Part shown: positions 17,981 to 28,385 of the stretch, piece after piece
How positions within the stretch are numbered: the stretch's first letter is position 1
Layout of the letters: every line of letters begins with the position of its first letter
NCBI GenBank assembly: GCA_037481775.1
Contig: JBBFKZ010000001.1
Span: forward strand, 128,001 to 192,000
Direction of reading: 5' to 3'
Length of the DNA: 64,000 nt
Origin: Candidatus Bathyarchaeia archaeon
GTDB taxonomy: Archaea; Thermoproteota; Bathyarchaeia; Bathyarchaeales; Bathycorpusculaceae
Notes under the pieces: model-generated
What the model was told of the DNA's origin: nothing
The model's database searches: none
What the model saw: only the letters and a program-made list of their open reading frames with translations
Made by a program: the position numbers and the translations under genes

Positions 17981-20527
17981 ATGGGAATTGCAAAAGGCAA
18001 AAAAGTTACTGCTTTGATTCTGGTGCTAGCAATATTCGCTGCGATTACTGTTTCCACTGTACAATTTGAAGCACATGCGATTGATTTTCCAACGTTCTTA
18101 TGTGTAACCGCTTCACCTAACCCCGTAGGCGTCGGTCAAGTCGTTTACGTTGGCGCTCAGTTCAGTAAACCTGCACCCACAGTTAGTGGCTGGAGCGGCG
18201 ATTTATATGAAAACGTAACCATCGAAATAGTAGACCCTGACGGAGCGAAGACCGTTTTAGGACCATACGTTTCAAGCGCAGCTGCAGGCGTGCAGACTAC
18301 CTTTACGCCCAACAAAGTCGGTAACTACACTCTCCAAGCCCATTACCCTGGAGAAATATTAGATGGCAAAAGCTCTTATAATCCCACACCTGGAGGCCAA
18401 ATGCAGAGTCTATGGGGTAGCAGAATGTTGCCCTCTGACAGCCCAGTAGTTACGCTGGTAGTGCAGAACGAACCAGTAGTACCAATATATAAGACCCCGC
18501 CGCTTCCAACTGAGTTCTGGACTCGCCCAATATACGGAACTAACTGGAACTGGGGAGAGCTTGCAGCCAACTGGTTTGGACTAGGCGGATCCGGCATTGG
18601 CGCATTCAGCTATAACACAAATTTCCAGCCGTACGGTACAGCACCCAACACGCCTCACATCATGTGGACAATGCCAACCCAATTGGGGGGTCAACCCGGC
18701 GCACCTATACCTGCTGACGAATCAAGTTGTTATAGCTGCACATCACTGCTTCAAAACTATTTTAAGCCAAACGTGATCCTCCACGGCATACTCTTTTACA
18801 ATACGTATATGTATAGAGGTACTTTGATAGGCTGGAGAGCCGTGGACATTCACACAGGCGAAATAGTTTGGGAGCGGACACCAGGCGAAACAGGCAACGA
18901 GAGAATCGACTGGGGCCAAGTATTCAACTACAATAACTATCAAGAGTTCGGCTCGGCAGCACACCTGTATAGCGCACCTGGCGCTGGCGGTTTTGGCGCA
19001 GGCGCAGCAAACTGGTTTGGAGTATACGATCCATTCACGGGGAGATGGCTAGCAAACGTTACTGATGTTCCAAGTACATCGAAGATAGTTAATCCCGATG
19101 CAAGTCTGAGGGGAGAAGTAGTCGGCTACTACGTTTCCGGCGGCAATCTAATCATGTACAATTATACCAAAATATTCCAAGGAACCGGCCTATTCGTTTC
19201 CGCAAGTGGCACAATTAACGCCTCGTCACGTAATCCTATCGTATGGTCTGTGAAACTGCCAACTACATTCAACAATGCCTCCATCAGCCTAAGCATTGCC
19301 GCAGTAACCAACGACGTAATACTCATGCGACAAGTCCCCGGTGCAATCTCATGGCAAGGAACCAATGCTGGCTACTCGTATGACGCAGGCTACGACGCAA
19401 AAACAGGCGCATTATTGTGGGGACCAATAAACCAAACGGGCATATGGAACCCATATGAAGACACATCTTTCCTTTGCGCTGGAGAAGGCTACTATGTGCT
19501 ACACAACAAGGACAGGAATATAGCGTACGGCTTCAGTCTAAAGAACGGACAGAAGGTATGGGGTCCAGTTCAACTGCCTGGTAGCGGCTATAGCAGCGTC
19601 TACCGCTCTGGCATAATAGGTTACGGTAAAGTCTACATCAATGACGTCGGCGGCTACGTAAATGCTATCGATCTTGAAACCGGAAAGATCGCGTGGACCT
19701 TCTTCCGCGGAAGCGCTGGTTACGACACTCCCTTTGAAAGTTATCCAATTTTCGGCTATAACACGCAGAGCTTGGCCGACGGAAAGCTATTCCTTACAGA
19801 AGGCATCATGTACACTCCACCACTGCACCCATCGTACCGACTTGCGATAAACTGCACTGATGGCACACTAGTATGGAAGATATTGCAGTACGCTTGCACT
19901 TGTACTGGTCCTATCGCAGATGGCTACCTGATTTCATGGAACAGCTTTGACAACCAGATATACTGCTTCGGCAAGGGACCAACCGCGATGACGGTTGCAA
20001 CGTCGCCGGCGGTTTCAGTGGAAGGCAGCCGCGTACTAGTAACAGGCACAGTTATGGACAAATCTGGCGGCACGAAACAAGATGTCATTACAACACGTTT
20101 TCCAGATGGACTTCCAGCTGTTTCCGATGAAAGCATGGAAGCGTGGATGGAGTACGCGTACATGCAGCAGGTGAAGCCGACGGACGTGAAAGGCGTTGAT
20201 GTTACTATTACGGTGCTTGATCCGAATGGTAACTGTTACGATGTGGCTAAGACGACTAGTGATGCGAGCGGCTTTTACAGCGCCACGTTTGAGCCGCCTG
20301 TCCCCGGCAAGTACACGGTGATCGCCACCTTCAGCGGTTCAGAATCCTATTACGGCTCATCTGCAGAAACAGCCATATACGTGGAAAGCGCACCAGCAGA
20401 GACACCACCACCAACACCGACGCCAGCACCAATGACAGACACGTATGTCTTAGGCTTAGGCGCAGGTGCAATAATTGCGATCGTAATAATAGGGCTAGTA
20501 ATCATTCTAATGCTTCGAAAACGGTAG
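17981..20527 (+). CDS. Secreted, C-terminally anchored PQQ-like beta-propeller protein (paralog of 11215-13866)
   Basis: Same architecture: SPNPVGVGQ, PLPTEFW, G..VW blades, YCFGKGPT, PTPTPAP, TM+RKR. Confidence 0.87.
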   Translation: MGIAKGKKVTALILVLAIFAAITVSTVQFEAHAIDFPTFLCVTASPNPVGVGQVVYVGAQFSKPAPTVSGWSGDLYENVTIEIVDPDGAKTVLGPYVSSAAAGVQTTFTPNKVGNYTLQAHYPGEILDGKSSYNPTPGGQMQSLWGSRMLPSDSPVVTLVVQNEPVVPIYKTPPLPTEFWTRPIYGTNWNWGELAANWFGLGGSGIGAFSYNTNFQPYGTAPNTPHIMWTMPTQLGGQPGAPIPADESSCYSCTSLLQNYFKPNVILHGILFYNTYMYRGTLIGWRAVDIHTGEIVWERTPGETGNERIDWGQVFNYNNYQEFGSAAHLYSAPGAGGFGAGAANWFGVYDPFTGRWLANVTDVPSTSKIVNPDASLRGEVVGYYVSGGNLIMYNYTKIFQGTGLFVSASGTINASSRNPIVWSVKLPTTFNNASISLSIAAVTNDVILMRQVPGAISWQGTNAGYSYDAGYDAKTGALLWGPINQTGIWNPYEDTSFLCAGEGYYVLHNKDRNIAYGFSLKNGQKVWGPVQLPGSGYSSVYRSGIIGYGKVYINDVGGYVNAIDLETGKIAWTFFRGSAGYDTPFESYPIFGYNTQSLADGKLFLTEGIMYTPPLHPSYRLAINCTDGTLVWKILQYACTCTGPIADGYLISWNSFDNQIYCFGKGPTAMTVATSPAVSVEGSRVLVTGTVMDKSGGTKQDVITTRFPDGLPAVSDESMEAWMEYAYMQQVKPTDVKGVDVTITVLDPNGNCYDVAKTTSDASGFYSATFEPPVPGKYTVIATFSGSESYYGSSAETAIYVESAPAETPPPTPTPAPMTDTYVLGLGAGAIIAIVIIGLVIILMLRKR

Positions 20528-20672
20528 GCAACTAAACCGCGCAAACCCACCTTTCCCCCTTTTTCGTTTAAGTCGCTTATACTGATTCAAACACAACAGA
20601 GAACAGGATGAGAGGTTAAAAAGGACTGAACAGAAAAGCAACAGTAGTATTGTTTTAAGTAAATTCCATTCC

Positions 20673-20828
20673 TTATGTATCTGCTATAATTTCTATTTCG
20701 ATTTTTTCCCAGTTGTCCTTTACTCCTTTCAAAGAAGTCACGGCGCCAACTATTGTGCCGCTTAAGATTTTTTCCACAAATTCATTAAGCGGAATTTCTT
20801 TGCCATCAACTCGAAGTTTTAAACTCAT
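20673..20828 (-). CDS. 51-aa protein resembling the C-terminal domain of archaeal MobB-like proteins (missing from the ORF track)
   Basis: Hand translation MSLKLRVDGKEIPLNEFVEKILSGTIVGAVTSLKGVKDNWEKIEIEIIADT; GAGGTGA SD upstream. Confidence 0.7.
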   Translation of the reverse strand: MSLKLRVDGKEIPLNEFVEKILSGTIVGAVTSLKGVKDNWEKIEIEIIADT

Positions 20829-20913
20829 AACGGTCACCTCATATAATGCTGTTGCGTTTAGTAGTAAAAGTTTTTGTAGAAAGAAACGAATCCATACAAA
20901 GAGGTGTGTAGCA

Positions 20914-21573
20914 TTGAAGAAGCCTGAAGTTTATCTTGAACCTAAAGAGCGCATCTTGAAAATCCTCGAGTTGCTGGAGAAAGAGTATGCAGACGCAAAA
21001 ATCGCATTAAACTACACTAACCCACTCGAGCTGCTAGTGGCTACAATGCTTTCTGCCCAGTGCACTGACAAAAGAGTCAACATGGTAACAAAAAACCTGT
21101 TCAAAAAATACACGAAGGCAGAGGATTACGCCAACGCGGATTTAAAGGAGTTGGAGCAGGACATAAAATCCACAGGCTTCTACCGGAACAAAGCCAAGAA
21201 CCTAAAAAAATGTTGCCAACTGCTAGTTGAAAAGTACAATTCACAAGTGCCTAGAACGATGGAGGAACTGCTTGAACTGCCGGGCGTTGCGCGGAAAACA
21301 GCAAACATTGTCTTGACCAACGCATTCGGCGTAGTTGCGGGAATAGCGGTGGACACGCATGTCCGCAGGCTTACCCAAAGGCTGGGGCTAAGCGAGAACA
21401 GCGATCAAGACAAAATAGAGAAAGATTTGATGAACATGGTTCCCAAAGAAAAGTGGGCGCGAATAACAGATCTACTCATTTTTCATGGCAGACGCGTTTG
21501 CACGGCAAAGAGGCCTAACTGCCCGGCATGCGTGTTAAACAAGATTTGTCCTTCAGCATTCACTTTTGGCTGA
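20914..21573 (+). CDS. nth: Endonuclease III
   Basis: LSAQCTD, Hh[18 protein letters not shown]-terminal CxxxxxxCxxCxxxxxC; probable TTG start after GAGGTG. Confidence 0.95.
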   Translation: MKKPEVYLEPKERILKILELLEKEYADAKIALNYTNPLELLVATMLSAQCTDKRVNMVTKNLFKKYTKAEDYANADLKELEQDIKSTGFYRNKAKNLKKCCQLLVEKYNSQVPRTMEELLELPGVARKTANIVLTNAFGVVAGIAVDTHVRRLTQRLGLSENSDQDKIEKDLMNMVPKEKWARITDLLIFHGRRVCTAKRPNCPACVLNKICPSAFTFG

Positions 21574-21626
21574 AAGCGTTACTGATTTATAAATCAGCAG
21601 ACGTTAAGATTACTGAGGATTTTGAA

Positions 21627-22106
21627 ATGGCAACTACACTCAAGGTTGGCGACAAAGCACCTAACTTCACATTGCCCAACACAGATCTAAAACCAGTAAG
21701 CTTGAAAGATTTTGTTGGCCAAAAAGTGGTTTTAGCCTTTTTCGTTAGCGCCTTCACTTCAGTCTGCACAAAAGAAATGTGCGCTTTTCGTGATTCTATG
21801 GCTAGATTAACCAACATGAACGCGCAAGTTATCGGCATAAGCGTGAACGACCCCTTTTCGAATAAGGCTTTTGCAGAGAAGAACAAGTTGTATTTTCCAG
21901 TTCTAAGCGATTACAAACACGAGGTTATAAAAGCATATGGCATTGAAATGGTTGATTTTGCAGGCCTTAAAGGTTACACAACTGCGAAACGTGCAATTTT
22001 CATTATAGATCAAAACGGAGTAATACGTTATGTGTGGATTGCGGAAAATCCAGAAGTAGAACCAAACTACAGCGAAATAGAGGCTGCGCTTGAAAAAATA
22101 AAATGA
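21627..22106 (+). CDS. Peroxiredoxin (Bcp/AhpE-like)
   Basis: [29 protein letters not shown]. Confidence 0.9.
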   Translation: MATTLKVGDKAPNFTLPNTDLKPVSLKDFVGQKVVLAFFVSAFTSVCTKEMCAFRDSMARLTNMNAQVIGISVNDPFSNKAFAEKNKLYFPVLSDYKHEVIKAYGIEMVDFAGLKGYTTAKRAIFIIDQNGVIRYVWIAENPEVEPNYSEIEAALEKIK

Positions 22107-22157
22107 AAAAAGGGGCAAGATAATTTAAGTTTCAAAATCGCTTAAGTCTTAAACATA

Positions 22158-22210
22158 TAAAAAGCAGAAACTTGATATTTCTGAGAATTCCAAGTCTGCT
22201 TTTTTATTTT
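22158..22210 (+). terminator. Bulged hairpin followed by a T-run
   Basis: AAAAAGCAGA(AA)CTTG...CAAGTCTGCTTTTTT downstream of the peroxiredoxin gene. Confidence 0.45.
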
Positions 22211-22312
22211 TAATATTCAGCAACGCTTGCAGCTTCAAAAAGTATATTAAAGCATACAAAGAGTTATTAGCATCGCAAATCTGATGTTTAATATTTGTCG
22301 GTGACTTGTTGA

Positions 22313-23155
22313 GTGGCCTTTGAAATCCAAGAGTTACTTGATGTCATAAAAATAATCGTTCTATTAAACCTTAAAAAAGGTAGAAGATTGCAAAAGTCAA
22401 TGCTTAAGCGGCGACTTGACAAAGTCTGCGCGAGTTTCACCTGCATCGAAATGAGCGAGCTTGAAAAAGCCTTGAAAGAAATGGAAACTGAAAAACTAAT
22501 CACCGCGCAAGACGACGTGATCCAGTTGACGCCGCAAGGCGAGAGATTGAGCAAAGAATGGGAAAGCCTCCTATTAAAGAAAGAACCCATTCTAGAGGTT
22601 GTCGCTGGCCTCGTTGATGGCTCGATAACAGGGCTCGTAGTAATTTTATCCGCATTCATAGCTGCATTGACTACGCGCATGGCGATTTTCGCGGCTTTTC
22701 TGACGCTGAGCGCTGTGGCCATCACAAACTTTTCCAGCTTCCTTCTAGGCGGCATAACAGAAGATTTAGCTGACATACTGACCTTGCAAAACTTAATGAA
22801 TTACAGTTTAAGCGACATTCCAGACAAAAAAGAGCGAGACAAATCACTGCTTCTTATAAAAAAACTTTTTACCCTGTTGAATAAGGAGATTCATCGTTCT
22901 AATCTTTACGCAGCAATAATCTGTGGCACCACCACGTTTATAGCAGGTAGTATACCCATACTCGCCTTTCTCGTTTTACCCAGCCCTTTTGATATCGCCG
23001 TGTCTTTATCTATAGTTGCCTTCATCGTAGGATTCTTCCTCGTGCGATACCGCTCAAAAAGAACCCGAGTTAATTGGAAAATAACGTTCTTTGAAACCAT
23101 TGCCATAGTCTCCATTGCAACTGTTGCATCGCTCCTTCTGGGCGGAATAGCATAA
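22313..23155 (+). CDS. Winged-helix fused to a VIT1/CCC1-like membrane domain
   Basis: wHTH wing IQLTPQGE; GLVDGSITGL and about 5 TM segments. Confidence 0.7.
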   Translation: MAFEIQELLDVIKIIVLLNLKKGRRLQKSMLKRRLDKVCASFTCIEMSELEKALKEMETEKLITAQDDVIQLTPQGERLSKEWESLLLKKEPILEVVAGLVDGSITGLVVILSAFIAALTTRMAIFAAFLTLSAVAITNFSSFLLGGITEDLADILTLQNLMNYSLSDIPDKKERDKSLLLIKKLFTLLNKEIHRSNLYAAIICGTTTFIAGSIPILAFLVLPSPFDIAVSLSIVAFIVGFFLVRYRSKRTRVNWKITFFETIAIVSIATVASLLLGGIA

Positions 23156-23322
23156 AAATCGTATTCAACAAGAGGTAACGGCAGTTTCGCTTATTCTCTA
23201 AGTAGGCTCAATTACTCTCTTTTGCAGATGCTTTGAAATGGCGCTTGGCATTATTATTCTGTTTAGGCAAAATTTGAAAGGGCGGTTCAGATTAGGATGC
23301 TAAGCACAGTTTATTGTATTTG

Positions 23323-23703
23323 TTAAATTGAGCGGCAGAAGACGCATGTTTCCTTGGAGGGGGCAGGGGTCTTTTTTTGGCAGGGTTTACACATTAGGCC
23401 TTTTTCACGGATTATTTTGCAGGTTTGACAGAAAAGTTCTAGGATTTCTTTTTGTGATGATTTTTCGTGTAAAAGCATGTTCGTCATCTGATCTATGAGC
23501 AGTTGTACTTCGGGGCTGTCTTCAATTGTTATGAGGTTTCCTCGGTTTTTTGTTGTGTATCTGCTTATTGCTGATTGGGTTAAGCCTAGAATTTCAGCTA
23601 CTTGCTGTTCTTTCATTCTATGTTTTTCCACGAAGTTTCGGGCTATTGCGGCTTTTACGGCGGGTAAAACTGTTTTTACTCCTACCTCGCAAGGCAGTAA
23701 CAT
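23323..23703 (-). CDS. HTH transcriptional regulator with Cys motifs (COG2522-like)
   Basis: MLLPCE, QQVAEILGLTQSAISRY, CxxC...CxxC. Confidence 0.8.
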   Translation of the reverse strand: MLLPCEVGVKTVLPAVKAAIARNFVEKHRMKEQQVAEILGLTQSAISRYTTKNRGNLITIEDSPEVQLLIDQMTNMLLHEKSSQKEILELFCQTCKIIREKGLMCKPCQKKTPAPSKETCVFCRSI

Positions 23704-23746
23704 GTGTTCACCAGTTGGTCTAATTTCTGTTAGAAACATATATAAA

Positions 23747-23782
23747 TATGACGCGTGTCATATCATTTATGACGTGTGTCAT
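23747..23782. promoter_or_regulatory. Tandem palindromic operators ATGAC-N4-GTCAT
   Basis: ATGACGCGTGTCAT (23748-23761) and ATGACGTGTGTCAT (23769-23782), 21 bp apart, next to the TATA-like TATATAAA; weaker third site at 23841-23854. Confidence 0.7.
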
Positions 23783-23883
23783 GTCGGGCTTCGTTTCATA
23801 CAAACTTTTTGCACCCCAATCTCTCACTCCTTTACCCGGCAAGACACACGTCAAATAAAAGCTTTATCAAACGGGGAAAAGCC

Positions 23884-24820
23884 TTGATAAATTATCGCAT
23901 TGCTGGCGAAAAACGCGATTTGGCAGAGGCCCTTAAAGCATTAGATGCCGTGTGCAGAAAATGCGTGCCTGTAACACCGCTTGAATGCATAACACGTTGC
24001 GATGTCTGGAGGCTAAAGAATGAACTTCGAAAACTGCGGGGAGTTATGGAAAAACCAAATTTCATGAAAGAACTTCTAAATACTCTAAAGAATGAAACGC
24101 GACTGCAGATTCTAAAGACCATCGCAAATGAGGGTTATTCTGCAGATAAGCTTGATCACAATTTTAGAGAAGTAGGGCGCATGGACGGCAAAAACACTAT
24201 TTATGAAGAATGTCTACAACCATTGGCTGCGGTTGGACTGGTAGCGGAAAACATGAACCAGCGATTTTACGCTACGGTTTTCGGATGCATACTTGCCAAG
24301 AGGCTTGATGGATTTGCTGATTTGATTCGCTTCTTGCCAGCCAATTCAGAATGCTACGAGGAAACTCTACTGACCACACTGCTACAAGGACCTAAAACCT
24401 TTAAAAACTTAGCATCACTTGTTTCGCCGAATATTGCCCCGCGCATCTTGAAGCGACTGAAAACAGCGGGTTTAATAGAAACTCCAGAAGATAAAGATTG
24501 CGTGTTCTTCTTTAGGTCGAAGCGTGACCCAGCGAAGGAGACACTTTCTAATGCTGAACGAAAAGTTTACAATGCTATTTCAGAATGCGGAATTTCAGCG
24601 CGGCAACTTTCTGAGAAAACAGGGATTTCCCCGAGAAGAATCTACTTACACTTGCGCCGGCTAAAAGGAAAAAAAGCTTGTTTTCGTAAGAAGAACACCA
24701 AAGACCTATCGCTTGACAGCTAAAGGCTTAAAGTTGGCATCTTTGCTGCGGGAATTACAGGCGCTTGTTGAAGAAATCTGGAAATCTTCTGAGCAGTTAG
24801 ACAACAGCGAAAACACTTAA
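23884..24820 (+). pseudogene. Multi-winged-helix regulator with a frameshift at an A7 run
   Basis: Three wHTH-like segments; removing one A from 24669-24675 continues as KKLVFVRRTPKTYRLTAKGLKLASLL... to TAA at 24820. Confidence 0.7.
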
Positions 24821-24975
24821 GCGCAAGAGAAAAAACAGGAATGGGAGCTTGCAGCTAAACTATAGCCCAACAGCATAACGGATATTGTTGGCTGAAGATA
24901 GCTTGCTCATTTTATTTTTAATGGCGAAAACTGGCGTTAAAAGTGGAAGAAAACATGCTTCGTTATTTTCTTTTT

Positions 24976-27126
24976 CTAATTGTTGTGTTCGTGTTTTTCA
25001 AGCTTTTTCGAAACATATTTTTCAGGGTTTTTCTTGAATTCCTCTTCACAATGCTTCGAGCAGAAATAGTAAGTTTTGCCTGCATACTCAGTTTGACCAT
25101 ACGCTGTCTCTGGCTCAATTTCCATGTCGCACACAGGATCCTTCACCGTGACCGGCGCTTCTTCCTTGAATGCTACGCTTCCTGGTTCATACTTCCTCAA
25201 GGTTTGGCTGTTAAGAGCAACTAATACTGTGCTCATAGACATGATTATGGCTCCAACAGCGGGAGGCAAAACTACGCCGTAACCGCTTAGTACACCAGCT
25301 GCCAAGGGTATGGCTACAATGTTGTAGCCTGCGGCCCACCACAAGTTCTGCGCCATCTTACGGTATGTTTTCTGTGAAAGAGCTATTACTTTTGTAACGT
25401 CTCTTGGGTCGTTTTTAACGAGGATTATATCCGCGCTTTCAATTGCTACATCTGTTCCCGCGCCGATGGCGATGCCAACGTCTGCCGTAACCAATGCGGG
25501 CGCATCGTTTATGCCGTCGCCCACCATAGCCACCTTATGACCCCTAGCTTTTAACGCTTTAATTGCCTCAGATTTTTGATCGGGCAGAACTTGCGCAAAA
25601 TACTCGTCTATGCCAAGATCTCGTGCAACCCATTTCGCGACGGCTTCAGAATCGCCCGTAAGCATGTAAACCTTCAAACCAAGGGTTTTCAGTTTAGCCA
25701 CAGCTTCCGCAGATTCCTTCCTAATCTTATCTGCCAACGCAAAGGCGCCGACAAGTTTTCCATCAGCAACTGTGAAAACAACTGTCTTTCCATGTTCCTG
25801 TAAAGTCTTAATCGTGTCATCGTTTATCTTTATTTTCATTTCATGCAGCAGCGCTTGACTCCCAACATATACTTCACTGCGCGCAACCTTCCCATAAGCG
25901 CCTTTTCCCGGTAACGCTTTGAAATCTTTTACTTTAGGAATTTCCACACCTTTATCGTTAGCATAGCGCACAATGGCTTTCGCGATTATGTGCTCCGAAT
26001 TACGTTCCACAGCCGCGGTAAGCGCCAGAAGCCGCTCTTGGGGAATGTAGGCAACAACGTCCGCGACGCCGAATTCTCCTTCCGTTAACGTTCCAGTCTT
26101 GTCAAAAACAACCGCGTCAACATCCTTAACCATCTCGAAAGCACGCCTGTCTCGGATAAGAATGCCACTTTTCGCAGTTATTGAAGTGGAAAGCGCCACA
26201 ACCAACGGGATAGCCAACCCAAGAGCATGAGGACAAGCAATCACAAGAACGGTTACTGTTCTTTCCAAAGCCACATACGCGCTGGCTAGGGCGGACCAAG
26301 CAACGAAAGTCACTATGCCCACGGCAAGTGCGACGTAAAAAAGCAACGCCGCAGCCCTGTTTGCAAAATCCTGCGTTCGCGACTTGCTTTCCTGTGCGGC
26401 CTTCACAAGCTTTATCACTTGTGCTATATACGTTTCTTCACCAGTCTTTTCCACCCTAACTTTCAAGGAACCTTCACCGTTGATAGCGCCGCCTATCACA
26501 CGGCTTTCTTTAGCCTTAAAAACGGGCGTTGACTCGCCAGTCAGCAACGCTTCATTAACAAAAGATTCGCCTTCAACAACGACACCATCAGAAGGAACCT
26601 TCTCTCCCGGACGCACCAGCACCACATCACCAACCCGCAGTTCTGACACAAGCACATCCACCACCTCACCATCCCGTATAAGATGTGCAGAGGCGGGCAT
26701 GACGCGGACAAGCACTTCAAGCGCCCGCGAAGCACCAAGCACGCTTTTCGCTTCTATCCAGTGGCCTAGGAGCATAACATCGATTAACGTTGCTAGCTCC
26801 CAAAAGAAGTCCATGCCCGCTATGAGAAAAACGGTTGCGGCAGAATAGAAAAAAGCTACTGAAATCGCCATGCCTATCAGCGTCATCATTCCCGGCTGTC
26901 GGCGCTTAACTTCCTCAACCATGCCCTGCAGGAAAGGCAATCCACCATAGACATAAATTATCGCTGAAAGAACCAACAAATTTTCTCGCTGGTAAGGCAC
27001 CACAATCCAGGTGAGTCCCAACCAGCTTTGAATAGTTTCAGATAGCAGCAAAACAGGAACTGTCAGCGCAAGAGAAAACCAGAATTTACGCTTGAACATT
27101 TGCATGTGATGAACATGATGAGCCAT
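24976..27126 (-). CDS. copB: Copper-transporting P1B ATPase (CopB-type) with C-terminal YHS domain
   Basis: CPH motif, [15 protein letters not shown], His-rich N terminus, KDPVCDM...YYFCS. Confidence 0.9.
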   Translation of the reverse strand: MAHHVHHMQMFKRKFWFSLALTVPVLLLSETIQSWLGLTWIVVPYQRENLLVLSAIIYVYGGLPFLQGMVEEVKRRQPGMMTLIGMAISVAFFYSAATVFLIAGMDFFWELATLIDVMLLGHWIEAKSVLGASRALEVLVRVMPASAHLIRDGEVVDVLVSELRVGDVVLVRPGEKVPSDGVVVEGESFVNEALLTGESTPVFKAKESRVIGGAINGEGSLKVRVEKTGEETYIAQVIKLVKAAQESKSRTQDFANRAAALLFYVALAVGIVTFVAWSALASAYVALERTVTVLVIACPHALGLAIPLVVALSTSITAKSGILIRDRRAFEMVKDVDAVVFDKTGTLTEGEFGVADVVAYIPQERLLALTAAVERNSEHIIAKAIVRYANDKGVEIPKVKDFKALPGKGAYGKVARSEVYVGSQALLHEMKIKINDDTIKTLQEHGKTVVFTVADGKLVGAFALADKIRKESAEAVAKLKTLGLKVYMLTGDSEAVAKWVARDLGIDEYFAQVLPDQKSEAIKALKARGHKVAMVGDGINDAPALVTADVGIAIGAGTDVAIESADIILVKNDPRDVTKVIALSQKTYRKMAQNLWWAAGYNIVAIPLAAGVLSGYGVVLPPAVGAIIMSMSTVLVALNSQTLRKYEPGSVAFKEEAPVTVKDPVCDMEIEPETAYGQTEYAGKTYYFCSKHCEEEFKKNPEKYVSKKLEKHEHNN

Positions 27127-27207
27127 AAAATCAACCTTTCACAAAAAAGGGATGCGGACTCTAACTTATTTGAGTTATCCTTCTCAAAAAATGAGAAAAA
27201 TTTGCGG

Positions 27208-27699
27208 TTAGCCGCCGGGTGCGCCGTGGAACGGCGCGTTTTCCCAGAGCAGTTGCCACCAGTCGTCCTCGGTTATGGTCTCTGCCTTTACGATTACTTC
27301 CAGAATGGCCTTTAGCAAAGCATGATGTCGTTTCTCGTCAACCAAAATGGACTTCAAGAGAAACTTCACCTTGCTATTCGCTATTGTAGGCAGAATCTTC
27401 TCAATTTTCTTGATAAGCTCCGCTTCCATCTGGATGTGCTTCTCCACAAGCGCCCTCTGCGCATCAAGATTCTCCTGCGTTAAAGCCTGCGAAACGACCA
27501 TTAGAAAAGTAAGCGCGGACTCGTACAGGTCCGCGTGCTTCATGGAATCAAAGGCTATGCCTTTCAAAACGCTTGCTACAGCCGGGTTCTTAATATCAAC
27601 CACGCCCTTATTCAGGGAGTCAACAATTTCCTTCTCAACAATTATCTGGCGCTTTATGAACTCAACCAGCTCACTATTCGAGTTTGAACTCATTTCCAC
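27208..27699 (-). CDS. Ferritin-like/rubrerythrin-like four-helix bundle protein
   Basis: DSMKHA, EKHIQME, DEKRHH diiron-type motifs. Confidence 0.78.
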   Translation of the reverse strand: MEMSSNSNSELVEFIKRQIIVEKEIVDSLNKGVVDIKNPAVASVLKGIAFDSMKHADLYESALTFLMVVSQALTQENLDAQRALVEKHIQMEAELIKKIEKILPTIANSKVKFLLKSILVDEKRHHALLKAILEVIVKAETITEDDWWQLLWENAPFHGAPGG

Positions 27700-27726
27700 C
27701 GTTTATCCTCCCCCTTTTTAAGCATG

Positions 27727-28179
27727 CTAAGCTTTGTGCATAAGGGTTTCAGCAACGCGCTTGCCAAGCTCACGGCACATGCTCAGCGCTTTTTCATCAG
27801 GCGCATACTTCACCAGCAATGGCGGCTCGATCACTTGCATTTCAAACTTGTTCTTCATAATTTCAAGAAGCATTTTCGGTGCTTCACCACTCCAGCCGTA
27901 AGAGCCAAAAGCCGCACCTACTTTCCCCTTTAGATTCATACCCTTCGCAGCGGCGTCCTCAAACAGCCTCTTCATATCCATTGGCGTGTCATGATGATAC
28001 GTTGGTGCACCCAGAATTATAGCGTCAAAATTCGCTAGGTCATCAGCATCAACATGATAGCTCAGCTCCACTTCGGCATTGCCAGCGTTTTTTGCGCCCT
28101 CAGCCACAGCCTTCGCCATTTTCTCCGTGTTTCCACTTCGGCTATAATACAAAACAAGAATTCTCGGCACAAAATTCAC
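27727..28179 (-). CDS. Flavodoxin (FprA/WrbA-like)
   Basis: YYSRSGNTEKMA, GAPTY, AFGSYGWSGEA. Confidence 0.88.
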   Translation of the reverse strand: MNFVPRILVLYYSRSGNTEKMAKAVAEGAKNAGNAEVELSYHVDADDLANFDAIILGAPTYHHDTPMDMKRLFEDAAAKGMNLKGKVGAAFGSYGWSGEAPKMLLEIMKNKFEMQVIEPPLLVKYAPDEKALSMCRELGKRVAETLMHKA

Positions 28180-28385
28180 CTTTTAGAATAGAATGGTCAG
28201 CCAAATAATATGAACCTTTTGCAAATCAGGAAATAGCGGAAGAAAGAGGCAAAAAGGAATGCGCGTGTCTGTAAGGTTTTAGCAACGTGCATAACCACGT
28301 GTTTTTAGACGTAATATTCTTAAGTTGGAAACATAGGTTAAGTGCGCCAAAAAATTGTTTCCTTGAGAAAAGGAGAAGGCTCTTA

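Noticed and set aside
11215-20527. Two PQQ-like beta-propeller paralogs as DGR targets or a recent duplication
   Set aside because: They are highly diverged, and no reverse transcriptase or adenine-specific template/variable repeat pair was seen.
20713-20913. Long N-terminal extension of Nth
   Set aside because: It overlaps a credible opposite-strand 51-aa gene; the SD supports the TTG start at 20914.
22158-22206. Bulged hairpin as an attC-like recombination site
   Set aside because: Single occurrence with no attC core motifs; better explained as a terminator-like structure.
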